This document shows, in pieces, positions 53,017-63,028 of a DNA stretch of 64,000 bases. A program made the position numbers and the translations under genes. Under the pieces are notes generated by a model that was not told the DNA's origin, searched no databases, and was given only the letters and a program-made list of their open reading frames with translations. Position 1 is the first letter of the stretch. Each line of letters begins with the position of its first letter. Source of the DNA: Prevotella sp. (GTDB lineage Bacteria; Bacillota_I; Bacilli_A; ML615J-28; CAG-313); contig JAMPDF010000004.1 in the NCBI GenBank assembly GCA_023665755.1, positions 20,456-84,455 of the forward strand, read 5' to 3'.

Positions 53017-54244
53017 CTATATTCTCTCCTTTTTCAATCTTGTATTTGTATAACAATTGCACATATTTAATCGCATTAAAGTGAACATCAGATTTGATTT
53101 GATACGCTTCATCCTTAGTAAAGAAACTAATTTTATTGCGTCCAAATACCCCAGCAGAAACTATATCATCAAAGAAAAATACATATTCATCAGTGCAGGA
53201 TGAATCTACCATCTTCCACCGATTAGGGTAGATTTCTATTTTCACATTTTTCATTAATAGTTGCTTCTTCTTTCTAGGTATATAGGCATACAAAGAAACC
53301 CTATCCTCAGATAAAACTTGATTTATATCATATTGTAACAATTGCATTTGGTATAGACTTTCTTTTTGATATTCATACCAATCATTGAGTGTTTCAAATG
53401 GAGAAACTCCTTCGACTCCTTCAAAATGATTATATTCATTATAAATCCAACTTGTATGGCAGGTTGTACAAACCAGTCGATCTTGGTGAGAAAGAAAATG
53501 CGTTATACCACAAGTAGGGCATCGATAAATCACACGCTCTAAATACTCTGCACTATGTTTTGACTTATACCTTTGATGGATTCTCGATTCGTCTACATAT
53601 AAATTATGCTGAATCAATTGATTCAATTCATCTACTGACATTTCTTTGTAATCTTCATACTCATATACTTGGTATACATATCCTTGACACTTTCCTTTTC
53701 TTGGTTTGTCAGCAAATCTTGGATGTACACCAAATCCTCCCTTGATATGGATAAATACTAGTGGTAATTTTAAAAATTGTACCATTTTTGCAGTAGAAGG
53801 TTTAATATATTCCGTCTTCCCACTAAAGGTGCGATTTCCCTCTGCTGCTATAGCAATGGATCCGCCTTCATTTGCTACCTTCTTACAATTCTTTAAAATA
53901 GAAAAATCAGTAGAAGACTTCTTATAGGGAATGGGATGGACTAAAAAAGATAGTACACGGGATACAAAAGGAATCGACGCTAAATCATCACTCATTACAT
54001 AATAGGTTTTATGATTACAAATGAGTCCAACAAAAAATTGGTCCATCACAGTTTGATGATTATATAGAATTAGACAAGGCCGATTATGCCCTTTATATTT
54101 TTGATAATGATACCCATATTTTAAACGCAAATATGGTCCCATAATCATTTTGGCAAGTTGAATCACTACTTTATGCCGGAAATGTATCCATTTTTTTGGC
54201 ATATAAATGCACCCCATTTTCTTAAATAAGTATTTTTTCATCAT
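52994..54244 (-). CDS. Lysophospholipid acyltransferase-family protein (PlsC-like) with an extra C-terminal domain
   Basis: HX4D motif NHQTVMDQF. Confidence 0.55.
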   Translation of the reverse strand: MMKKYLFKKMGCIYMPKKWIHFRHKVVIQLAKMIMGPYLRLKYGYHYQKYKGHNRPCLILYNHQTVMDQFFVGLICNHKTYYVMSDDLASIPFVSRVLSFLVHPIPYKKSSTDFSILKNCKKVANEGGSIAIAAEGNRTFSGKTEYIKPSTAKMVQFLKLPLVFIHIKGGFGVHPRFADKPRKGKCQGYVYQVYEYEDYKEMSVDELNQLIQHNLYVDESRIHQRYKSKHSAEYLERVIYRCPTCGITHFLSHQDRLVCTTCHTSWIYNEYNHFEGVEGVSPFETLNDWYEYQKESLYQMQLLQYDINQVLSEDRVSLYAYIPRKKKQLLMKNVKIEIYPNRWKMVDSSCTDEYVFFFDDIVSAGVFGRNKISFFTKDEAYQIKSDVHFNAIKYVQLLYKYKIEKGENIDDKFLGL

Positions 54245-54406
54245 ATACTATATATGTATATTGTATTGCATTTTTAAAATTATCGCAAATAATATACTTT
54301 GGACAAAAGTTAAATCAGTTCTTTTTTTCATTATAAAGAAAAAACATCTTTTCATGATTATATTCTCCAACATTACTATTTAATTTTTTCCTATTTTTAT
54401 TTATAC

Positions 54407-54447
54407 AAAAAAAGAACTATCCTATTTCTAAGGATAGTTCTTTTACA
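54407..54447. terminator. Bidirectional terminator (agaactatcct..aggatagttct)
   Basis: 11-bp perfect stem with A-run and T-run flanks, downstream of the GH18 gene. Confidence 0.65.
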
Positions 54448-54492
54448 TCAACCAATAATCATATTTTATTTGACTTGAATATTTGTATTCTA

Positions 54493-56733
54493 TTAGCCTC
54501 TTGACTCAAGGTACGCCATACGATTACAAATCGCATCTGTTAAAATGTTATCATAATCATATCCATACTCCCAAAACATAATACCCATTCCATTTTGGAA
54601 AGCATAATCAGTTTTGGCAATTAAAGACTCTTCATCTTCATATGTAATAAAAATCGCTTTAGATTCACTATACAAATAAGGAACTTGAGCAGCAGTATCA
54701 TAATAACGTATATAAGAACTATCATTTAAAATATTACTAGCAATCCATTTATAGGTTACCGTTCCTGATTGGTACTGTAAGTGAATAAGCTCTGCAGATG
54801 CACCAAGCCCAGGATACTTAGTTGGATTTTGAGCAGTTCCAATTACCTTATAGGCTTTACCATAAAAGGCACCACCAATAATAATTTTATTTGGATCAAG
54901 TCCTGCTTTTGTAAATTTTTCAATCCCATCGTCAATACCATATCCTACGTTTCCATCATTAAATGCTTTGAATAATGGGCAAAGATGTGTTGTTTTTCCT
55001 GCCGCATTCATATCATAAGACATCATATTCACATAATCTAAATATTCATTTAATGTTTTTAAATCAAATTTCGAATAAGATGCATGAGATGGAATAGCTG
55101 CAGTGAGTAGATATGGTGTACAGTTTTCACCAGTCATTGCATTTAATTTCAATCTTAGGCTTTGGCAAAGTAAATTCATATTGATTTGATCCTCACCAGT
55201 AGATGGAAATTCCCAGTCTATATCTACACCATCTAAATTGTGTTGTTTTACATAAGCTAAAATATTATCAGCTACTTTACTTGGTCCTACTCTTCTACAT
55301 GCTTCACTAAAATTATCTGCTCCTCCAGCAACCGATAAAACCATTCGAATGCCTCGTTTTCTAAGTTCTTTTGCATCACTTACAAAGTTATTAAAACCAG
55401 TTATACCTTCTACAGATACTCTACCTGTTGCATCTACTTTGACAAATGCATAATAGGCAATATCCAAATTTTCAAGTACTGCTTCTGTTTTAGTTGCAAT
55501 ATTAATCGTATAGAAATAACCTGCTACAGGATTATCCACATCATCAAAATGAATAGCCTCAATTGTCACTTCCTTAGATAATGAGAAAATTTCATCTTGA
55601 AAAGTAATTTCAACAGTTATGGTTGCTGTTTTATTTTGATGAGATTGATATATATTTCCTTTTGCATCAATAATACTAAAATCAGAACTATTCCAATATA
55701 ATTTTGTACCTTGATATTCAATTGGAAGTGTTAAATCATCATAAGTTTGATCCGGTACAATTTCATTTAAAATGACATGAACATAATTTTTATCTATCAG
55801 ATTCCATTTAGCATAATAAGTTTGATTGCCTTTGGTGTCTCCATTTTGAACCCGAACAGGATCTGTTGTAAAAGTATCATCTGTATACCAACCCAAAAAT
55901 TCAAAACCTTCTTTAGTAGGTATTGGCAGTTGTTTAATAATGCCTTCATAATAAGCATCATTTTCTGGTTGATCCATTACACCACCATTTACAACAAGAT
56001 GAAGTTCACGTAATTCCCCAGGTCTACGATATTTAGCCATAACGACCATATCTTGGGTTACTTTCATACCTTCTTCAACATAAACACCACTTGAATAATC
56101 ATACCAACCATTAAATAAACGTTCACCCGCAGTAGGAATTTCTCCGTATGAAAAAGGTGTATCCGATTTGGCATAAATCACTTTTTCGCTTGTACCATCT
56201 AAAAACATTCCTGTCATAGTACGATATGTGATTTTATAAGCTACTTCTTGCAAATCCGCAACAAGTACCATATCCTCTGTAACTACATCACTTGCTTTTA
56301 TCTCTTCTTCTGTATTTTCCTTCACCCATCTAACTAGCGTATAGCCAGAAACGTCGACATCTGGAAACTGGATAGACTCTTCATACGCAAATGATTGTGT
56401 ATGATACACTTCTCCATTTACTTTATATGTAACATGACATACTTCAGGTCCCCACTTAGCTACTAAATGCATATCTTTTTCTACCTTCATATTTTCTTTA
56501 CAAATCGTACCATCTAGCATCCATCCGACAAATACAAACGATTCTTTCGTTGGCCCTTCACTTAAAACCAAATTTCCCCCCTTTTTATATTTCTGGGTAA
56601 ATGTGATTGACCCATCTGAAAATTTTCCCCCATTTGCTTCGTAAGTTACTGTATATTTTTTACCACAACCAGTAAGCATAACTAAACCAATTGAACATAT
56701 CATCAACAATACTACATATAAACTTTTTCTCAT
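54493..56733 (-). CDS. Lipoprotein glycoside hydrolase family 18 (chitinase/endo-beta-N-acetylglucosaminidase-like) with Listeria/Bacteroides-type repeats
   Basis: Lipobox LTGC. Repeats YTVTYEANGG..FVGWMLDG..VAKW. GH18 catalytic motif DGVDIDWEFP, plus MSYDMN and GGAFYG. Confidence 0.8.
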   Translation of the reverse strand: MRKSLYVVLLMICSIGLVMLTGCGKKYTVTYEANGGKFSDGSITFTQKYKKGGNLVLSEGPTKESFVFVGWMLDGTICKENMKVEKDMHLVAKWGPEVCHVTYKVNGEVYHTQSFAYEESIQFPDVDVSGYTLVRWVKENTEEEIKASDVVTEDMVLVADLQEVAYKITYRTMTGMFLDGTSEKVIYAKSDTPFSYGEIPTAGERLFNGWYDYSSGVYVEEGMKVTQDMVVMAKYRRPGELRELHLVVNGGVMDQPENDAYYEGIIKQLPIPTKEGFEFLGWYTDDTFTTDPVRVQNGDTKGNQTYYAKWNLIDKNYVHVILNEIVPDQTYDDLTLPIEYQGTKLYWNSSDFSIIDAKGNIYQSHQNKTATITVEITFQDEIFSLSKEVTIEAIHFDDVDNPVAGYFYTINIATKTEAVLENLDIAYYAFVKVDATGRVSVEGITGFNNFVSDAKELRKRGIRMVLSVAGGADNFSEACRRVGPSKVADNILAYVKQHNLDGVDIDWEFPSTGEDQINMNLLCQSLRLKLNAMTGENCTPYLLTAAIPSHASYSKFDLKTLNEYLDYVNMMSYDMNAAGKTTHLCPLFKAFNDGNVGYGIDDGIEKFTKAGLDPNKIIIGGAFYGKAYKVIGTAQNPTKYPGLGASAELIHLQYQSGTVTYKWIASNILNDSSYIRYYDTAAQVPYLYSESKAIFITYEDEESLIAKTDYAFQNGMGIMFWEYGYDYDNILTDAICNRMAYLESRG

Positions 56734-56869
56734 AGATGCCTCCTTCTATTTTTTATATTATACTAAAATGAAGTAGTGATGTCAATCTTTTGGGTCTAAA
56801 GAAATATGGTTATTTTTTCCCCATTTTATTGCTGTGTAAAAAGAATGAAAAATAAATGAATGTTTTCTA

Positions 56870-56905
56870 AACAAAAACAAAGATACTTTTTAGGTATCTT
56901 TGTTC
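56870..56905 (-). terminator. Rho-independent terminator of the dfx operon
   Basis: Minus-strand 10-bp stem acaaagauac/guaucuuugu followed by a U-rich tail. Confidence 0.55.
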
Positions 56906-56915
56906 ATACTATGTA

Positions 56916-57188
56916 TTATTTACAACTTGTCGTATGTTTTACTCGGTTTTCCACTTCATCTCGTTTAGCATCATTAAAGCGATCTAATGTGCCTACTAAA
57001 TATCCTGTAATTCTTCGAATACGCTGAAAGGGAATTGGACTAGTATGATAATGTAGATTGACATATTCTCCATCCACTTCAATATCAATGGCTTCTAAAT
57101 GATTCCCATACTTTTTTAAACCTCTATCAATATAGGCTTGTTGTTCTTCTTTGGAAATTTCTCCCCCTGTGATATGTAATTCCACCAT
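56916..57188 (-). CDS. Small hypothetical protein co-transcribed with dfx
   Basis: Likely start MVELHITGG, whose ATG shares an A with the dfx stop (TAATG). Confidence 0.4.
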   Translation of the reverse strand: MVELHITGGEISKEEQQAYIDRGLKKYGNHLEAIDIEVDGEYVNLHYHTSPIPFQRIRRITGYLVGTLDRFNDAKRDEVENRVKHTTSCK

Positions 57189-57556
57189 TATTTCACCCAC
57201 AATCCATGTAAATTGCAATAAGCATATACATGTAATAGGGTTTCATCTGCTTCTAGTGTGAATGTAGCCTCTGGAGATTCTCCAGGTAATAATTTTCTTC
57301 TTTTAGCGCCTTTATCAGTTTCTGCAATAATCCATTCAATATAGTGTACATCTTGCATAGGGTGAGCAACAGATCCCACTGTTACATATACTTGATTTCC
57401 TTTTACTTCCACTACTGGGATATGCTTTTCATGAGCAGCTTCTACTGCACCTGGAACAAGTTCTTCCATAACTTCATTACAACAAATGGTATCAGTTGGT
57501 ACTTCATTTACCATTGCTACTATTTTTTTACAATGTTTACAAATATAAAATTTCAT
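57188..57556 (-). CDS. dfx: Desulfoferrodoxin (2Fe superoxide reductase)
   Basis: N-terminal desulforedoxin CxxC...CC (CKHCKK..ICC). SOR centre EKHIPVVE..H..H..CNLHG. ATG at 57556 with RBS AGAGGTG. Confidence 0.85.
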   Translation of the reverse strand: MKFYICKHCKKIVAMVNEVPTDTICCNEVMEELVPGAVEAAHEKHIPVVEVKGNQVYVTVGSVAHPMQDVHYIEWIIAETDKGAKRRKLLPGESPEATFTLEADETLLHVYAYCNLHGLWVK

Positions 57557-57647
57557 TTTTGTCACCTCTTTTTATTTTACTTTTTTGATATATTATACTA
57601 TAATAATGTTATCATGTATGTTGTTTTTGCAACAAAAGGAGTTTTTT

Positions 57648-58316
57648 ATGCATCAAAATGATCATTCCCTATCCTCATGCCCTCTATTTACTCATATGGC
57701 AGATTTGGATATACATAACTTATTTCATTGCTTTCAAATTCAAGAGAAAGTGTTTCAAAAAAATGAATACATCATTCAAGCAGGTATGCCTATTACAGAT
57801 ATTATACTCATTGAAGAAGGACTTGCTCACATTGTGGAAGATGATTACTGGGGAAATCGTACCTTAATTGATTGTGTCAATCAGCACAGTGTCTTTGGTA
57901 TTGGTTATGCCTATTCTCCTTTTTCTATTTATCCTGTATCCTTAGTTGCCAAAAAGAAAACAAAAGTGCTCTTTATCAATGCCACTAAAGTATTTACCCC
58001 TTGTGGAAATCACTGTATGCATCATCAACAATTGATTCAAAATGCAGTTTCTATACTAGCTCATAAAAACGTTGGATTAATTGATAAAATTACTCATCTA
58101 TCCAGAAGATCAACCAAAGACAAAATTCTTTCCTTTTTGTCATTTTATAGTAAAAAAGTTGCTTCTGATGATTTTTATATCCCATTTGATAGGCAAGAGC
58201 TAGCAGATTATCTATCTGTCGACCGAAGTGCTTTATCTAAAGAACTAGGCAAACTCAAGCAAGAAGGCATCATTGATTTTGAAAAGAATCACTTTATTTT
58301 GAAATATAAACATTAA
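57648..58316 (+). CDS. Crp/Fnr-family transcriptional regulator (divergent from dfx)
   Basis: cNMP-binding beta-roll plus C-terminal HTH (RQELADYLSVDRSALSKELGKLKQEGII). RBS AAAGGAG precedes ATG 57648. Confidence 0.75.
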   Translation: MHQNDHSLSSCPLFTHMADLDIHNLFHCFQIQEKVFQKNEYIIQAGMPITDIILIEEGLAHIVEDDYWGNRTLIDCVNQHSVFGIGYAYSPFSIYPVSLVAKKKTKVLFINATKVFTPCGNHCMHHQQLIQNAVSILAHKNVGLIDKITHLSRRSTKDKILSFLSFYSKKVASDDFYIPFDRQELADYLSVDRSALSKELGKLKQEGIIDFEKNHFILKYKH

Positions 58317-58320
58317 ACTT

Positions 58321-59313
58321 TTACCGATTTTGTTCAATATACCATATAATATTGTCCTTTAAATGTAAGGTGTCAATATTACCTAGATTCGTTAGAAAAA
58401 TACACTGAATATCATAATCTTTAGAAAAAAGAATCAGCGTATTCGTACCAATCGTATCTCCCCAGTGGTAATAGATTTTCTTATCTTGAATAGAAATAAC
58501 TCCCATACCCATTCCATATGCTGTATCTAACCCATTTGCAAGTACATATGTACAAAACATTGTGTTTTGAAGGGCTTCTTCTTGATTTAATAAATAATTT
58601 ATCCAACGCTTTAAATCTGCTATAGTAGAATAAATTCCTCCATCCGCAATCGTTGCACTACACCAATACTGATCTTGAATGATCAGTTTTTTATTTTCTA
58701 AAACATGACCATAAGCCCTATTCTTGATTTTTGTAATCCCTTGGTGATTCACAAGTGTATCTTGTAAACCTGCCTTTTCAAACACATGGATTTTGAGGTA
58801 ATCATCTAATGTTGTACTTGATACCGCCTCTATAACTCTCCCTAGTAATATATATCCAGTATTACTATAGCGATACTGTGTCCCTGGTGTAAAATAGGTT
58901 GTTGTGGTTGTTTTTAAAAATGGAATAATATCTTCATCATGAATTTGAGGATCCATATCTTGGTGTGGCATATCTTCATAATCTAAAATGCCTGATGTGT
59001 GATGAAGAAGTTGAAAAATAGTAATCTCTTGAAAATAGGCAGGTAAATCGGTATATATATCTAAAATCGGTGTATCGAACCTAAGATTTCCACTTTCAAC
59101 TAACTGGATGATGGCATAAGCAATAAACTGTTTAGAAATAGAAGCAAGACGAAAATGCGTATCAAATGTAATATTGGCACTTAAACTATCTTTTTCCTTT
59201 CCATTGCATAATGAAAGAATCTTACCTTTGTGTTCAAAATAAAATGCATATCCTTGATAAGGATGTATAATGATATCTTGGGATAACTGAAAAAATAAAT
59301 CCTGTGGATGCAT
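58321..59313 (-). CDS. Serine hydrolase of the beta-lactamase/PBP-like (class C-like) family
   Basis: SxxK motif RLASISKQF, YxN-like YSN, 330 aa. Confidence 0.65.
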   Translation of the reverse strand: MHPQDLFFQLSQDIIIHPYQGYAFYFEHKGKILSLCNGKEKDSLSANITFDTHFRLASISKQFIAYAIIQLVESGNLRFDTPILDIYTDLPAYFQEITIFQLLHHTSGILDYEDMPHQDMDPQIHDEDIIPFLKTTTTTYFTPGTQYRYSNTGYILLGRVIEAVSSTTLDDYLKIHVFEKAGLQDTLVNHQGITKIKNRAYGHVLENKKLIIQDQYWCSATIADGGIYSTIADLKRWINYLLNQEEALQNTMFCTYVLANGLDTAYGMGMGVISIQDKKIYYHWGDTIGTNTLILFSKDYDIQCIFLTNLGNIDTLHLKDNIIWYIEQNR

Positions 59314-59448
59314 ATAATGACCTCCTATGATTTGATTAAGATATTAATTCTTTATATACATTACATTATAACACAAATAAAAGCCATTTTTAAGCAAAAC
59401 GAAAAGTATTTCTTTAAAATTATGGCATAATACATATGAGGTGACGCT

Positions 59449-60168
59449 ATGAACACATTAGAAAAATTGAAACAAATCATTGAAACTTCTTCATCCATTG
59501 TTTTCTTTGGAGGTGCAGGGGTTTCAACTGAAAGTAATATTCCTGACTTTAGAAGCACGAATGGTCTTTATCAAAAAAGGAATTATCCATATCCTGCAGA
59601 GCAAATTCTATCTTATAGTTTCTTTACTCACCATAAAGATATCTTCTATGAGTTTTATATTCATGAAATGATTTATCCAAATGCCCTACCTAATCTTGCT
59701 CATCATGCTCTTGCAAAACTTGAAGCAAGCGGAAAGCTCAAAGCCATTATCACCCAAAACATTGATGGACTCCATCAAATGGCAGGAAGTTTAAATGTGA
59801 TTGAATTACATGGAAGCATCAAACGCAACCATTGCCTTACTTGCAATGCCTTTTATGATGAACATATGGTGATGAAAACCAAAGGCATATGTCCAAAATG
59901 TAATGGCTATATCAAACCAGATGTTATCCTATATGAAGAATTATTAGACGATGATGTAATAGACCAAGCTATCTACTATCTTTCTTCTTGTGATACCTTA
60001 ATAGTAGGTGGAACTTCACTACGCGTCTATCCCGCAGCAGGACTTATCCGCTATTTTAAAGGAAAACACCTTGTTCTCATCAATAAAGAAAAAACACCCT
60101 TTGATGAGGATGCAGAGATTGTTATTCATGATAGTATTGGACAGGTTTTAAATGAAGTAATAAAGTAA
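59449..60168 (+). CDS. cobB: NAD-dependent protein deacylase (sirtuin, CobB-like)
   Basis: GAGVSTESNIPDFRS, QNIDGLH, Zn cysteines CLTC...CPKC. Confidence 0.85.
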   Translation: MNTLEKLKQIIETSSSIVFFGGAGVSTESNIPDFRSTNGLYQKRNYPYPAEQILSYSFFTHHKDIFYEFYIHEMIYPNALPNLAHHALAKLEASGKLKAIITQNIDGLHQMAGSLNVIELHGSIKRNHCLTCNAFYDEHMVMKTKGICPKCNGYIKPDVILYEELLDDDVIDQAIYYLSSCDTLIVGGTSLRVYPAAGLIRYFKGKHLVLINKEKTPFDEDAEIVIHDSIGQVLNEVIK

Positions 60169-60169
60169 A

Positions 60170-60208
60170 ACAGGATGATACCCAATGTAGGTATCATCCT
60201 GTTTTACA
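60170..60208 (+). terminator. Rho-independent terminator after cobB
   Basis: aacaggatgatacc..ggtatcatcctgtt 14-bp stem plus a T-run. Confidence 0.75.
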
Positions 60209-60367
60209 ATATAATTTTTTATTTATGCAAATTTTTGCTAAACTGTTTGTCCATTCTTCTTATTATCTTTCTTTCCCTTACTTATAAAATCACCATAGCA
60301 TATCCGTTTTTTACAATCTATTTAGCTTGCAATATATTATACATTCATTATATAAAGAAATCTTATT

Positions 60368-61018
60368 TTACTCCTCATTTAATACATCCTGATATATTAA
60401 ATATTCATACTGCAATTTATCTAATTCTTTTATTTTTTGTTCAAATTCTTTTTTATTTATTTTTATCATATTCCCCCTATTCATCTTATTATCTAAATAT
60501 CCAGAATACATGGTAAAATATTGCCCCCTTTTTTCATTTATAAACAAAATATACTGATTACAATTTCCATAAGCACTTTCAATTGGTGTATACATACCTC
60601 TCCATTCTTCTATAGTTTGAAGTATTTGATCTAACATTTCATATGTATGAAAATCATACTCTTCTTGGTCATCTTCCTCTAAATCATCTTCTGAAAAGAA
60701 AGATAATGCATCTAAATAATTAAATATTTCTGATTTTATGATTTGCTGTATTATATTCTCTTTATATAATCTTTTCATTGTACGTTTACTAAAGCCACCA
60801 TTAATTATCCAATTATATAAATTTGCCCAACTTGCTAAATAGCAATCTGTCACTTCTTTATTTAAATATTTATCAATAGCTTTTTTAATCATCTTTACTT
60901 CATAATATTTTTCAAATGGTTTTTCTTTGTCATAATGAAGACTAGTTGTAGAAATATTAATCTCATCAGATGTAGCTGTTACATTACATATTTTTTCTAT
61001 TAATTCTTTGTCAACCAT
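60368..61018 (-). CDS. Hypothetical acidic protein
   Basis: 216 aa with an Asp/Glu-rich segment; no recognisable domain. Confidence 0.4.
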   Translation of the reverse strand: MVDKELIEKICNVTATSDEINISTTSLHYDKEKPFEKYYEVKMIKKAIDKYLNKEVTDCYLASWANLYNWIINGGFSKRTMKRLYKENIIQQIIKSEIFNYLDALSFFSEDDLEEDDQEEYDFHTYEMLDQILQTIEEWRGMYTPIESAYGNCNQYILFINEKRGQYFTMYSGYLDNKMNRGNMIKINKKEFEQKIKELDKLQYEYLIYQDVLNEE

Positions 61019-61137
61019 TTTTAATTTTCCTATCCCTATATTTATATTCCTTATTTAAAGACTAATTATACATCATTATACCAAAACATCCTATATTTAT
61101 CAAATAACTTATCTTTATTGGGAATACATATTACAAT

Positions 61138-61938
61138 TTATATCCACCATTTAGGTGTAAGTTCTCCTAGTGTAACTATCTCCCCTGTTTCATAATCTAC
61201 CATAATTTCAATTTCTTGATAGTTATTGGGCATCAGTTGTACCATCAATTCCCGACAAGCCCCACAAGGTGTGCCTGTTTTTCCATTGGGCATAATTGCA
61301 AGTACTTTTTTGATTTCTTTTTCTCCATTTGTAATCATTTGAAATATGGCATTTCTTTCTGCACAAATACCAAGAGTAGAACAAGTATCTATACATACAC
61401 CAGTATAGATTGTACCGCTTGTAGAAAGGATTGCTGCAGCAACACCTCCTGCTTCAACATATTTAGAAATGCTTCGATCATTTTGAACTGCTTTTGCTGC
61501 AAGGTATAGTTTTTCCCATATAGAATCTACTAATTTTATCCTTTCTGCTTTCCATATACATTGTATTTGTTCTATTGCTTTGGCATCTGCTTCTGCAAAA
61601 TCAACAGTATTTAATTGCTCAATGTTACACCATATACTATCTTGATGTTCTACAAGTTCTATTTTTCCTTTTTCTAATGTGCAAAAATATATATACATTG
61701 TAATAGAAAAAGTCTCATACTGATGATTGATTGTAGTAATGTATTGATCTACTCTAATTTCCACATTTAATTCTTCTTGGATTTCTCTAGTCAATGCTTC
61801 TTGATGGGTTTCACCTTGTTCAATTTTTCCACCTGGAAATTCCCATTTGTTAGGACACTCTTTTTCTTTGTTTCTTTTACAACAAAATATTTTCCCATTT
61901 TGTTCTATTGCTGCAGCAACAACATCATAATGTTTCAT
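61138..61938 (-). CDS. NUDIX hydrolase (MutT-like) fused to a cytidine/deoxycytidine deaminase domain
   Basis: N-terminal NUDIX box GGKIEQGETHQEALTREIQEELNV. C-terminal CDA zinc motifs CAERNAI and PCGACREL in Cdd-like context. Confidence 0.7.
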   Translation of the reverse strand: MKHYDVVAAAIEQNGKIFCCKRNKEKECPNKWEFPGGKIEQGETHQEALTREIQEELNVEIRVDQYITTINHQYETFSITMYIYFCTLEKGKIELVEHQDSIWCNIEQLNTVDFAEADAKAIEQIQCIWKAERIKLVDSIWEKLYLAAKAVQNDRSISKYVEAGGVAAAILSTSGTIYTGVCIDTCSTLGICAERNAIFQMITNGEKEIKKVLAIMPNGKTGTPCGACRELMVQLMPNNYQEIEIMVDYETGEIVTLGELTPKWWI

Positions 61939-62197
61939 AGTTTTATTATTCTCCTTCTATCTTTATGCATTATATCACACTTTTAAATTATTCCATACAA
62001 AATACACGATATTAATTTGAACATTTATATTATATTCCCTTATATACTTTATAAAATAACAAAAAAGAGCAGCAAGTCTTGAAATACTGTATGGCATTTT
62101 AAGATTTGTTGCTCCAATTTAATTTTTATAATTAAATTCAATCGTAATAACTTTTTACTTCTACTAACACTCATGTTAGCATCTTTTTCTAAAATCT

Positions 62198-63028
62198 CTA
62201 TAATAGTTTTTCTATTACTTTTTCTATATCGTCATTAATACAAATAGATTGATTTTGAATTTCTGTTGGTACTGCTATTTCCCCAAGATTAATACAAGCA
62301 TAAGTAGCATGAGGATAGGCATAAGTCATTTGCCAAAAGGGATATTTAATAATGACTGGTGTATTGTACCCAACCCCTAGTTCTAAAAATAATATCTTTT
62401 TTTGTTTCCTTGTTTGAATGAACTCTCTATATCTTTTAGCAGCTTGATGCCATCCTTCATCTTCTACAAAATATTCATCTTTTCTTAAATTCGTATCCAT
62501 TTCCTTTCCACATACCGGACAAATTGGTATCAAATTTGTAGGGATTTTACCACCCTTTGCTTGCTTCACCATTGACATGATTACTTCTTGATTATCATAT
62601 GTTTTAAAGTGACAGGCATTTGAGCATTGAAATAATCCATAATCTCCTTGAGTATAAAATAATCTATCTTTATCAAATCCAGCGAGTTGAAATTGATGAT
62701 CGACATTAGTAGTAATAACAAAATAATCTTTGTTTTTTATCAGTTGTAATAATTGTTGATATAACGGAGTAGCACCTTTGCTATACCGATTAAGATATAT
62801 AAATTTGGACCAATATCCCCATTTTTCTTCACTAGTTGGAAACGAATGGAACCCTGCAGTATACATATCCTGATACCCATACTGATCATACATATATTTG
62901 AAATGTTTTAAAAATGTTTTGTCACCATATTCAAATCCGGCCGCACTAGATAATCCAGCTCCTGCGCCAATCACAATCACTTCTGCATTATCAAGACATT
63001 GTTTCAATTGTTTTATAGTAGACATCAT
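62198..63028 (-). CDS. Sirtuin-family protein, macrodomain-linked (SirTM-like) type
   Basis: Rossmann motif GAGAGLSSAAG, TTNVDHQF (catalytic His), Zn ribbon C..C...CPVC. Overlaps the upstream macro-domain gene. Confidence 0.55.
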   Translation of the reverse strand: MMSTIKQLKQCLDNAEVIVIGAGAGLSSAAGFEYGDKTFLKHFKYMYDQYGYQDMYTAGFHSFPTSEEKWGYWSKFIYLNRYSKGATPLYQQLLQLIKNKDYFVITTNVDHQFQLAGFDKDRLFYTQGDYGLFQCSNACHFKTYDNQEVIMSMVKQAKGGKIPTNLIPICPVCGKEMDTNLRKDEYFVEDEGWHQAAKRYREFIQTRKQKKILFLELGVGYNTPVIIKYPFWQMTYAYPHATYACINLGEIAVPTEIQNQSICINDDIEKVIEKLL

